From: Neoechinorhynchus agilis
Taxonomy: Eukaryota; Animalia; Acanthocephala
DNA length: 64,000 bases
Reading direction: 5' to 3'
Assembly (NCBI GenBank): GCA_051530055.1
Contig: CM121341.1
Coordinates: 14,176,784 to 14,240,783, forward strand
Shown: piece by piece, positions 50,800 to 61,721 of the stretch
Layout of the letters: every line of letters begins with the position of its first letter
Numbering within the stretch: the first letter of the stretch is position 1
Translations under genes and position numbers: made by a program
Notes under the pieces: generated by a model
The model's input: the letters and a program-made list of their open reading frames with translations, nothing else
Databases searched by the model: none
Told to the model about the DNA's origin: nothing

Positions 50800-51450
50800 G
50801 CTGTTGTTGTATAACGCCACCGCCGATTTACCTAACTATGAAGCCTTAAGAAAGTGGACTCCCAATCCCTGAATCGGGACATTTGTATAAAAACTTAGTC
50901 CACGCACAGTGTATTGTCGAACTTCCATGGCAAAAGTAACGCACCCGGAATCCTATAAGAGATCTGCAGCTGTGTCATTGTTTCTAAGATCCTATAGAAT
51001 ATGCTCAACTAACAAGTTAAAAACTTTTGAAATACGTAACAAACTTCAATCCATACTTAATCGAGATTCGCGAAACTTGGACAAAACAATCTTTCTGTTC
51101 AATACAAAAGAAGAGAACCTCGCAGGCATCCTTAAAAATAAGCCAAAATACGAGCAACATGAAGTTGTATACTATGTCCGCTGCAAAGACTGTCCAGCCA
51201 AATACGTGGCACATAGCAAACACGGGCTCAGCAAAAGGATCGCACAGCACAGATATGCGTGTAGGCGTCAAGATGCTTCCTCAGTGATAGCCAATCTCAT
51301 GGTGAATTGCAAACATTAAATTGATTTTGATGACGCGAATGTCATAAGCGTACAACCGAATTTACGAAATCGATTAATAATGGAAGCCATCGAAATAAGC
51401 TGCTCAGTTTAATATATGGAAGGTAACAAGGTGAGCATCAGCTTGAAATT
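50800..51450 (+). mobile_element. Penelope-like RT C-terminus and GIY-YIG fragment, back-to-back with the previous one
   Basis: HPESYKRSAAVSLFLRSYRICS and VVYYVRCKDCPAKYVA.SK..LSKRIAQH. Confidence 0.78.
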
Positions 51451-51784
51451 GCCAATGAGGAAACAATAGTGCTCTTCTTGAGAGGTTTCAGTGGACAAAG
51501 AGTCCAGAAACGGGGGTTTCTCTATCATATCGGATAATAACTAGTCTACAGCATAACACTTGTGTGTTAGTATTTCAGATGATAAACTTTGATAATGTCG
51601 GAATTATCCGACGAAATATCTGCAATAAATGTATAAATTTAAATCCGGGTGGGGATAACTACAAAAAGAAGGTATCTTTTCCCCCTAAGATAATAATTAT
51701 CCAAGAAAATATTTAATTACATTCAAATATTTCGAGATTAAGCATAGCTTCATCAGTCATTGCATCGCGAAATATCACTCAATA

Positions 51785-52460
51785 ATATGTGTTTTATCCA
51801 GGGATTATGATCACCAAAACTCCAATAAACAATTTATTGATCGAGGGAAAATCCTTCGGGATGATAGAGTTTATGGTGTTCATAATCTTGATGGATAACT
51901 GATGAGGCGAGACTCACTCGCAAAATATTTCGATCCAATGAAATATGTTTTATCCGGGGAATGCGATCTCACAACTCCAAAAACCAATTAAATCATCAAG
52001 AGAAAATCCTTCGGGATGACAGTGTCGGAGTTGTAGTGATCATAATCATGGTGGATGATTGATGAGGCGAGGCTTCCTCGCGAAATATTTCGATCCAATG
52101 AAATATGATTCATCCGGAAGATTATGATTACCAAAAACTCAAATAAGCAATTAAATCATCAAGAGAAAATCCTTCGAGATGACCGAGTTGGAGTTGTGGT
52201 GATCATAATCTTGATGTATGACTGATGAGGTGAGACTTCCTCGCGAAATTTTTTGATCAAATGAAATATGTTTTAACCGGTGGGATTATGATCATCACTA
52301 TTCCAGTAAACAATTTAATCGTCAAGAGAAAATCCTTCGGTATGATAGAGTTTGTGGTGATCATGATCCCGGCAGATAACTGATAAGGCGAGGATTCCTC
52401 AAGAAATATTTCGATTCAATGAAATATGCTTTATCCGAGGATTATGATCTCATAACTTCA
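51785..52460 (+). repeat. Tandem array of ~160-nt hammerhead-containing units (4 cores)
   Basis: Cores start at 51899, 52059, 52222 and 52380 (spacings 160, 163, 158). By-eye consensus: GGAUGA CUGAUGA G GCGAG acuuc CUCGC GAAA UA U U UCGAUCC. Confidence 0.9.
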
Positions 52461-52549
52461 CCCCGAAGTATTTTCACTCAATGGTTATCTCATTTATGAT
52501 TGAAGAGTGTTTATTTTACAAAAAATAATTCTCTTCGTAGGTGTGATTT

Positions 52550-53602
52550 TCACTGGAATGAGCCAGCAGATCCGGCGAGAAGTGAATCGAACAACGTATT
52601 CGCTGGGCGCGCTTCGTAGCAAATTTCATAGACGGCAACGAACAAAGGATATCGACTAACAGCCTCCCGTTCCTTCAAAAGAGTAATAACTTCCTTTGCT
52701 GTTGAAGGACCTTGAAGTTTTTGTCCATTTAACATCTCGGCTTCTAATTGTTCAATCGATTTCTTTTGCTTTACGAACGCACTGGCAACTAATCGGTTTC
52801 TGCCTCCATAGCACGTAGCGACCAAATCTGCGATTCCACAGCTTTCAAGAAAGACACTTGTGTCATGATCGGGGAACATGAGTTTCGCTAGATTCACCAT
52901 TTCAACGAAACCGATTCGAATAATGGCAGCTTTCGTGTTATCTCCATATCCTAAACCGTCAACGAATCCGACGGCCACTGCTACAATATTCTTTAAAGCT
53001 CCACATAGTTCAGCTACCTGGGTCGAAGTAGTTGTTGAAAGTCGGAAATAGTTTGTTTCAAATAATTGTTGAAGAAGCGCGGCGTGATCGTGATGTGCGC
53101 AACCAATCGTGCTCTCACAAAATTTCTCAGCGGCTACCTCGTTGGCAATGCTTGCGCCCATCAATACATGACAAGGGATTTTAAGTGTTTGTTCAATGTA
53201 ATGGCTAATAAGATTCACGGATCCGTCGTCTGTGGTCAAAAATCCTTTACATAAAGACACGGCGAACGAATTGGGCTTAACCGCATGTTTAAGAACTTCG
53301 CATTGTCTTACAAGGAATTGATGAGGAATGACAATAATGAAAATATCAGATTGGCGAGCTACGTCAACCAAATCAGTCATTGCTACCACATTATCTGGGA
53401 TCTTGAATCCAGGTAAATACTTAGGATTCTCGTGATCTTCATTGATGATATCACTAAGGCGGCGGTTATCGTGTATTTCGTCGTAAACGTACATCCTAAC
53501 TGTCTGCTTAAATGTTTCGGCGAATCGCTTTACATTTTGAGCGGCTATTCTAGCGATCGCGGTGCCCCAATTTCCACCACCAATCACGCTTACTGATAGC
53601 AT
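52550..53602 (-). CDS. GPD1: NAD-dependent glycerol-3-phosphate dehydrogenase, intronless
   Basis: VIGGGNWGTAIA, HENPKYLPG, VIPHQF, LCKG, ELCGALKN, GYGDNTKAAIIR, ESCGIADLVATCYGGRNR, LNGQKLQGP. Confidence 0.96.
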   Translation of the reverse strand: MLSVSVIGGGNWGTAIARIAAQNVKRFAETFKQTVRMYVYDEIHDNRRLSDIINEDHENPKYLPGFKIPDNVVAMTDLVDVARQSDIFIIVIPHQFLVRQCEVLKHAVKPNSFAVSLCKGFLTTDDGSVNLISHYIEQTLKIPCHVLMGASIANEVAAEKFCESTIGCAHHDHAALLQQLFETNYFRLSTTTSTQVAELCGALKNIVAVAVGFVDGLGYGDNTKAAIIRIGFVEMVNLAKLMFPDHDTSVFLESCGIADLVATCYGGRNRLVASAFVKQKKSIEQLEAEMLNGQKLQGPSTAKEVITLLKEREAVSRYPLFVAVYEICYEARPANTLFDSLLAGSAGSFQ

Positions 53603-54140
53603 CGCAAACAACACGACAGTTGTCTAAAAGAGAGAAATAATAAAAAGCAAGGACGGTTAAACAATTTTAAGCGTGTTGTGTATGTGGTCGGTATGCATTT
53701 CGTAGACGCTTTCATATATAGAGACGCAAATAGGATTATGCACTTTTCCCTCAAGGACTAGGACAAAAAGATTTATGAACAGACGTAGTCTTTACAGTTC
53801 AAGGAAATTTGATGAGGCCGAGGAAGTATTTTATTCCTGAAGATATGCAAAAGTATTTTTTTACGAGAGAAAGGATATCACTCTTAAACTTCCAGTTGGA
53901 TTCAATATACATTATCAAGAAATGATCAATGTACAGAAACACTAAAGAGTATGTCATTTGGGATAATTTAGTCGTAGTTCCATAGTTGGATAGCCGAAAC
54001 TTTAAAATCTCAGAGGGAGTACCGTATAATACCTCATGAAAACAATTTTATTCTCACAGATCAAGAAAAATGTCAGCGATTCTCTTTATAATACTTCTGA
54101 GTTCTAAAAAATGGCTCACACGTACAACTGTACATTCCCC

Positions 54141-54510
54141 AAAATCATCAAGAGAAAATCCTTAGAGATGATCGAGCTGGAGTGGTGGTTATCATAATCT
54201 TGATGGATGACTGATGAGGTGAGACTTCCTCGCGAAATTTTTTGATTTAATGAAATATGTTTTATCCGGAAGAGTATGCTTAACACAACTCCAATAACCA
54301 ATTAAATAATCAAGAGAAAATCCTTCGAGATGATAGAGGTGGAGCTATGGTGATCATAATCTTGATGGATGACTGATGAGGCGAGACTTCCTCGCGAAAT
54401 ATTTCAAATAAATCAAATATTTTATGACCGGGATTATTTTCACCAAAAGTATAATCAATTAAATCATCGATGAAAAATCCTCCGACATGATAGAGTTAAA
54501 GATGTGGAAG
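54141..54510 (+). repeat. Second tandem array of the 160-nt hammerhead repeat (2 cores)
   Basis: Cores at 54211 and 54373 (162-nt spacing). The 54373 copy has an intact core, stem II and AUAU palindrome. Confidence 0.9.
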
Positions 54511-55550
54511 TCTTATAGCAGCCGAAGTAAATTCTTAATTCTTGTGGTTCTTTCAGATCGTCTGAAAAATTATTTTTAAAGAAATTAACGAAAGTGTTTA
54601 TTCATCGCATTTAGGCCCTTTTGCCCACGGTTTTAGGATTCGTGTAGAGTTCACTTAAAAAATGCGTTTTCTTATTATTCGGTCGGCCCTTGACACCAGA
54701 GGGAGGTCGTTAAAGTCGAATGTATGTTTTTGACTGTGTAAATCAGTCGCTTTCAATTCAAATTGTTTCGCAGTCTCGAGGTGTCGAGTACCCACCAAAA
54801 ATAATAATAATATATTGAACCAGCCGAATGTAATCCCAAAGAAACTTAGATTTCTGTTTGCTTTTAATGTTAGGATTCGAAATATATCTCCATAAAACGC
54901 TTGAAGTTGTATTTTAGTAATGGTTTGAGCATGAAAACCAATATAGTAATAGTTTTTTGTTTAGTTTGAATCCGTTCTTAATTTCTAAAATTGAAGTATG
55001 TGACTTCGGATCACGAAAAATGATTAATGATTATCTATTTATTTCCTAGTTAGGTCACGAAAAGAAACAGTGGTATAAAGCTAAGTTAAATATTTGCTTT
55101 TTAAATATTTATTGTTTGTGTATGTTGCTAACCGGTTATATTTGGAGTGTATTTTGAAGTGATTAATCCCTACACGGCCGTGATCTAGAAATCAGTCGTC
55201 TAGGGGATATTTACATTTAGTACGAAAACTTCCTTGATTCCGACTCATTCAACCAATATTCCGTTTTACGCCAAATTAACTTAAAAACTAAACCAACTTC
55301 CGACTTAAACCCACTTATTCTATTGCATATTGAACTAATCGTGATGGTTCTGGTTTAAATCGCAGTCTTTTGTTTTATGTGAATGATTTCCCTAGCATTG
55401 CTTTATCTCGACCAAGCGTTATTCGATAGCGATCAACTTTCATATTTTAATCAGAGCATCCCTCGTTCGAGAACTATTTATAATTAAAAGCGGCAGATAT
55501 TGCTAGAGCTAACAAATACAAAAATGCAAAGCTTCTGCATTTGATGCAGG

Positions 55551-57050
55551 TTATTGAAAGGGTTCTTGTTCTCCTACATTCGTTTGCTCGAATTCAATAC
55601 TGTCGATAAATGAGAGAATCAAAGTATCGTTACTCCGACTATGTGGATGGAAAGATGGAACCAAGATTCAGAAAAAATTACAGACCTCTTGTATATGTCT
55701 CGGCACGTGATTTGGCCATCTTTTTTCGTATTGCGCTCCTGAACCGCATCAAGAATGGAATACAAGAATCCATCGGTGCTTGGCATCATTGACTGATTAG
55801 AACAGTCTACGAGCCTCTCACAGATTCCCTTTTTTTATGGATTAAGGAATATCTATCGAGTTGAAGAAGCGTACCTTATAGAAAATTCGGATGTCATTTG
55901 GGCCTATGTATCCGCGACCGAAAGTGTCAAGTATGCGGAAAAAATATTTTATGGACCGTTCATGTTTGAGATGCAATAAAGCCAAACGGAAATCGACGAA
56001 TCTTGGTAAATCAAACACTCTTTGTTCCAGATTCTTCAGCTTCTTGCAATGTCTATATTTCTTTTTTGAACTTGGAAACAAATACTCGTTCCGGCGGAAC
56101 ACTTCGGATCTTGTTACTCCGTACTCTTGGAATAAGCAATCCGTGAATTCGCGAGTAAAAGCAAAGTCGCTGTAACTAAAATAAACGGCGTGGACTTAAG
56201 CACTTGAAAGAAATTACAAATGACCGAAAGATATGTAATTTTCAATCAGTAAGAAACTTCAGAAGTATTCACTTCATAATAAAATCATTTGATTTCGTTG
56301 TTCTTTTCGAATACTTTAGATTCAAATAAAAAATAATTTTAAGCGTTGAAGTGAGTATCCGACACGGCTGATTTTGGGCACGCGGCTCATCGATTTTGGC
56401 CAGGAAAGCGCATCAAATCACTTAATGCCCTAGAACAGGCTCAAAGATGTCGAAGTCGTCTAGTTGACTTGAGTCCGAATCCTTGTTTCAGGGTAAGAGT
56501 GTTAAAATCCACGATCGCTGATGACTCACAACCAAAGGGGCGAAATACCGGTGAAGGGAGGAAACACATTGTTGAGTCCCGCTCTCTGGAGGTATCTGAA
56601 GACCCGGAGGGATGTAAAAAAACTCGTAATCCTATAGCTCCGTATATTGAGTGATTTTATGAGCTTCCTTGAACCAAATCGGTTGGCTTTGTTCCCAAAA
56701 ATCAGCCGTGCAGGGTATTTCATACGTCTAGCCACGCACGTGAAAAATAATATAAAACAATATTGGTAAATTCGGATTCGCGACCGTAGAGCTAATACTG
56801 TTGCCAATTCAGTCCAGGTGAAATACTTATTAATCATCAAAATTAAATTCAGAAACTAACTTTAAGATTTCGTCTCTTTCAATAAATCCATCCCTGTCTT
56901 TATCCAATTTTTCATATTCTTTAAGGATAGCTTTAAAATTGCGGTATGTAAAGAAATTGTGGGTAAGCTTCTTCTCAGCAGTGGTATCGGCCTCCTTGAC
57001 TTGCTTGACTTCTCGTCTTGCTTTTGTGTAGGCATCGAAAAGCTATGAAA
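55551..57050 (-). CDS. PP2A regulatory subunit B''-type EF-hand protein (PPP2R3C-like), 3' exons
   Basis: Exons read KEYEKLDKDRDGFIERDEIL, FTREFTDCLFQEY, RFVDFRLAL..LKHERSIKYFFRILD, ILDAV...ITCRDIYK and FIDSIEFEQ, ending at TAA 55551-55553. Confidence 0.7.
56363..56655 (+). repeat. Family B copy in an intron of the B''-like gene
   Basis: acacggctgatttt...ggccaggaaagc...aatcacttaa, then gagtcccgctctctggaggtatctgaagacccggagggatgta, matching the other family B copies. Confidence 0.75.
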
Positions 57051-57491
57051 AATTAAGACGAATTTCATTGACGTATATATAGGATCTTAAGCATATTGAT
57101 TTTAAAAATGCACTGATAAGGATGAACGATTCAACTCGCAATTCACGTTGAATGTAATTAGACTTCTTGGTCCCGGTTAGATAAAATACCGTACTTTAAC
57201 TTGACTTAAAAACACCTCTTAGTCATAATCCCGACAAACCTAAATTCTAGCATTAAACTAGTGCCGAAAAATGTAAAATGAGTTACACCAAAAAGTACAC
57301 TAACATGCAAGCAAAATAGCGAGATTTTAACTAATGTAGTCTAGTTACCGAGCGTTTCAGGTTCTCATCTAAGCAATGGAAACTTTGAGCATCATGAGTC
57401 AAATGCTCTAGCACAAAGGATTAGTCATCTATGAGTAAATTACACCGAGTGCGGCAGTTTCGACAGGGTACGAACTAACACAAGATAGGTA

Positions 57492-58626
57492 ATGTACGGT
57501 AATCGGCTATCCGCAACACCATTGAATCCCTTTCCGGTAGCGGCTAAGTTTGAAACATTCACGATTTCACCATCACCACAACCATATGGCCCAAGAATTC
57601 CGGCTGTAAAAAGTTTTACGAAAACTGAGATAGACAATGTCGATTATGCACATTCACCGCTTGGAGAACGGATTCAATCGGATCAAGAATTCATTGGAGC
57701 CAACCCAACTGTTGTTAAAAGAGAACTTCCTGCAACGGTATACCGACAAAACATATCAGTACGGTATTTAAAACCACCTACACCTGAACCAGAAGTTGTC
57801 ATTATAAAGGAAGTAAGGGAAGAGCCTCGAGAGTTGCCACCAAAAATTATTCGGCAACGACAACCGGCTCCAAGGACCCCGTCCCCTATTATTATCCGAG
57901 AAAAACCACCTACTCCACCGGTACAAAAGCAGCCGAAGGTCATTTTGAAATATCTTTCACCTGATCCTCCTACTACAAGGCGGGTTATTATTGAGAAGTA
58001 CGATAGTCCTCCGGTTAAGCCGCGTGATATAATAATTGAACGATGGTTGCCCTATTCGAAGCCTGAGACAAGAACGGTAGTACACCGCTCGGTTCAGAAA
58101 GGACCGGTTCGAGAACCAATTATCGTTGGTCACAAGAGGCCTACGTCGAGGTTTGAACGTGAATTGGTCGTTGATGGGGTTATAAAAACCGACCCAGATA
58201 CATACTTGAGAAGATACGGTGACCGTTTGGTAGACGTGGGGACCATACGGAAGGAACTGGACCACATGGGCTTTAACGAAGTCCTTCAGGTATGACTTTG
58301 AGCAGGTTATTGTTTAGAAGAAATTTTGTAAAGATTGCCGACGACCGTCTTGACTACAACCTTGGGACTCAAAATCGATCAAAAAGTTTTTATCGTGATA
58401 GAAAGCATCACAGAAAACATCGTTCATCATCATACCGGCGAGTTAAAGAGTATGAGGTCAATGGTAAGTAGTCTTGAAGGCTATTAAAATAATTAAATTA
58501 AGTATTTTAGCCGATGAAGATATTAATGAGATTCTAAAAAAACTAGAACGTGAATCAAACTCACCATTCAGTCAAATCAAATCACGCGAAGAAAATGATG
58601 CTTCGAAAAAGAAAACTTATGTCTAA
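57492..58626 (+). CDS. Proline-rich repeat protein of unknown function, 3 exons
   Basis: ORF to 58289, in-frame 44-nt (58290-58333) and 47-nt (58464-58510) GT-AG introns, and a stop at 58624-58626. Repeats of PP..IIR/IIIE(K/R). Confidence 0.8.
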
Positions 58627-60012
58627 ACCAGTTTAATTAATATATGAAGCGGATTTTGGAAGAATATTTAAATTTGTGGAATGTGTAATTCTTTTTTTTA
58701 ATCGACAAAAATTATTATTTTACGAAGCGATCGAAAATGAGATTAAATGTTTAGAATTCCCCTTAACTATGAATCACAATGGAACAAAAGTAAACATACG
58801 AAAAAAATCGTTTTGCTTTTAATTCGTGAGCTAGATTTACCTCACAAAACTCTACGAAGACGGGATGTATCACAAGACGTTCCAAACGTATGCATTTAGG
58901 ACTTCGAAAATCAGGTGGAATAAAGAAGAAAAATTTTCGACATGCGACGGTTATATATAGCTCTCTTTCAGCATTGGTGCTTCCCTGAAACCAAGAAGCA
59001 CAGTTCATCAACGATTCACTTATCATTGTACTTAGGGCCTTTGGAAAGACACTTATGAGTCAGATGAGGACACAAAGTAGTCAAACCTGCTTGTCTAAGT
59101 ATCCCGATTTTTGGTACGGAATTATCAGACTTGCACAAACTCGCTGCCATATGCGACGATGGATATATTCCCTGTCTTGCGCATTACAGCCAAACCTTAA
59201 AATAGACCTATCGACAATCGTCTTATTTGGCTCAGACTTTGTTGAGATCAATTAGGGTTTATCTACGCTGCGATCCTCGTAATAACAATTCGCCGTAAAA
59301 AAATAAGGGGCCAGTTTAGCCTTTATATGTTTCTGAGTCAAATGGCAATATTTCGCAGTTCCCAGATTTTCAGACGTTCAATCGCACTACAAATGCGTGA
59401 TTCAAAGAGGCTAACTTTTTAGAAAAATATCGATTGCGCGTTTCGTAAATGAACGATTGACTAAAGCTTCAAAACATTCCAAACTACCACTCCAGATGTG
59501 CAAGATAGAATTAAGCAAATAAATCATCAACTTTAACCACAAATTCTCCGCGTGATTCATCCATTGAACAGAGTTTTGCGAAAAGTGTAGCTGTCATTAG
59601 GTTGCTGTAATAAAGACATTGAGAAAGATACTTAAGATATTAATTGCCCACCTGACGGATTGATGCATTTTAAGTTTTAAAACTTCGAACTGGTTGTAGT
59701 TTATTTTGCACTTATTAGGAGATTCCTTTTCGTCACAGGACTTTCTTGACCTTTTCCCCCTGTATAGGTCATTCCAAAAATCCTATAGGTATCATTTAAT
59801 TAGCTCAGATATTAGAAAATGACACAACTCACGTCCAAGTGCGATTCCATTTCCTCTGTGACAGTACTGTAAGTTGACCATTGTCCAACAGGCTTACTTT
59901 TCTTCGACCTATTAAGTTTTAAACCAAATACCATTGCGTTCAATCGACGCACCACCCGGACACAATTTATCATTTTACACGCGTAAGTTAAAACGCAGTG
60001 CCCTCAACTTTT

Positions 60013-60327
60013 TTAGATTTTATTCAAAAATTCCACTAACGTACTTTCCTCATCCTTAGAGGTTGAGTCAACTTTCTGACCGGACCGATAGGCTATAACT
60101 GTCGGAAAGTGATCGAGTTCAAAAAATTCTTGTACTTCGTCACTGCCTCCGTCCACCTTCACGATCTCCACATCTGGATATTTTGCTTTCATATCCGCCA
60201 GCATTTTCCCCAACATCTTGCATTTTTGGCACCAACTAGCAAAGAATTCGACTACAACTTTATCCTTTGTTTTTATTAGTTCCTTTGCCTTCTCGAAATC
60301 AACCACCTCCAACTCAATTGAACACAT
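60013..60327 (-). CDS. Thioredoxin-fold protein with WCQKC active site
   Basis: VVVEFFASWCQKCKML...YPDV..VKVD...PT, about 104 aa. Confidence 0.85.
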   Translation of the reverse strand: MCSIELEVVDFEKAKELIKTKDKVVVEFFASWCQKCKMLGKMLADMKAKYPDVEIVKVDGGSDEVQEFFELDHFPTVIAYRSGQKVDSTSKDEESTLVEFLNKI

Positions 60328-61721
60328 CTAGCAATGCCGGTAAACGGGGGAAGTTAAGAGTGCTTGAATAATCAGTTCTCTTTTAAGAAGCGCATTATAC
60401 ACTTTAAGAGGTTTGAATCATCCTAAAATGTAGTTGCTCTTCAAGAAAAAAGAGCTGAAATTTACCTAGATTCCGGTACAGTGTACAGTTTGCGTCGTCG
60501 ACTTTGAAATCAAATAGATCAACGATAAGGTTTACAAAGTTTAGATAAGCAATTTAAATGCCGGGAACGATTTTCTATCATTAGGGCGTTCTTCAATGCC
60601 ATAAACCTCCACAAAAATTATAGACATCAAGCTTCTACTTACGAATTAGTTGATTCAGCCCAGCCAGACGAGTTGAAGTAATGCACAGAAAGCTTGTTAT
60701 CTAAATCAACCCTTTTATTATTTTCTTTATTCCTTTGGAAGGTGTCAGAAACTTATCATGCTCCATTTAATGTTGAGGACTATCCAAAAAATTATGAAGG
60801 TTGGCACTTTGAGTAACAATGCAAAAAGAGCTCCGGTAAAAGTCCTTAATGGTGATGCAGAAATAATGGGACGCTGGAGACCGCAACAACCGTCAATTCT
60901 GATACCATCGCCTCAACTTCTAGTTTTGCCATCGACCGTGTGGATTTCCGGCCAAGCCAACGGACCTGGGATCACGTGAAAAGATCTCAGTAACACTCCC
61001 AACGGCGACGACGATTCCTGGGTAATATAGGGCACACCTAAGTGCAATCAATATCAAATCCAGAAATATTAATCCAATCACATTTCATGAACATTCAAAC
61101 AACTTTTGAATGTTTACTTGTTTTAGTCTACTCTCATTAACACTATACCGCTTCAATAAAACAATTCAGGACAAAAACGCTATCTATTGATATTGTTTGC
61201 TAAGAATGTACTATTTGCAGACGCGATGATTGAGGAATGGTTCTCAACACAACTTCGCAAGCATCCCCATAATATATAATGACAGGGACGGGAAAGCGCG
61301 AAAGAGAGAGTAAACGAGCGACGTTGAAGTCTATGGAAGGCGTGCTCAAGCCAAAAGTTTTACGACGAAACCCAGGTGGGTTTTTATGGGAAGTCTCACA
61401 AGAAAAATGTGGTAAACAAAACAGAGTGACTTAAGAGAGAATCGGGGTGATCGGAAATTTTAACGAACTGTTCCTAATACTATTCTACAGAAATGATACT
61501 ATAAAACGTTAACTATAAATCTCAATTTGAGTATCTGATTGTTAATAGCGAACTTTAAGTGCCTTTTCCACACAGATATAAAAGACGTCGTCTTCAGATT
61601 TTCTATTAGGTTTTCTGAGAACGAAATCACCTTACGAATCGTGAAATAATTAATGTGGAAATTTGGAGCCATCCCGAGTGTACGTGCTTATTGGCTTTAT
61701 TTTCTTCAAATTCTAGCATTG

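Larger units (their letters stand above)
49539..51648. repeat. Family C inverted arms (49539-49628 and 51559-51648) enclosing ~1.9 kb of cargo
   Basis: The 90-bp arms are about 90% identical as reverse complements by eye. Confidence 0.85.

Noticed and set aside
51480-51510. GGAC-aaaga-GUCC-aGAAAC hairpin after the 50.8-51.5 kb PLE fragment
   Set aside because: There is no CUGANGA core upstream; too degenerate to call.
51785-52460. CRISPR-like regularly spaced repeats
   Set aside because: Whole units are homologous with no unique spacers, there are no cas genes, and the context is eukaryotic.
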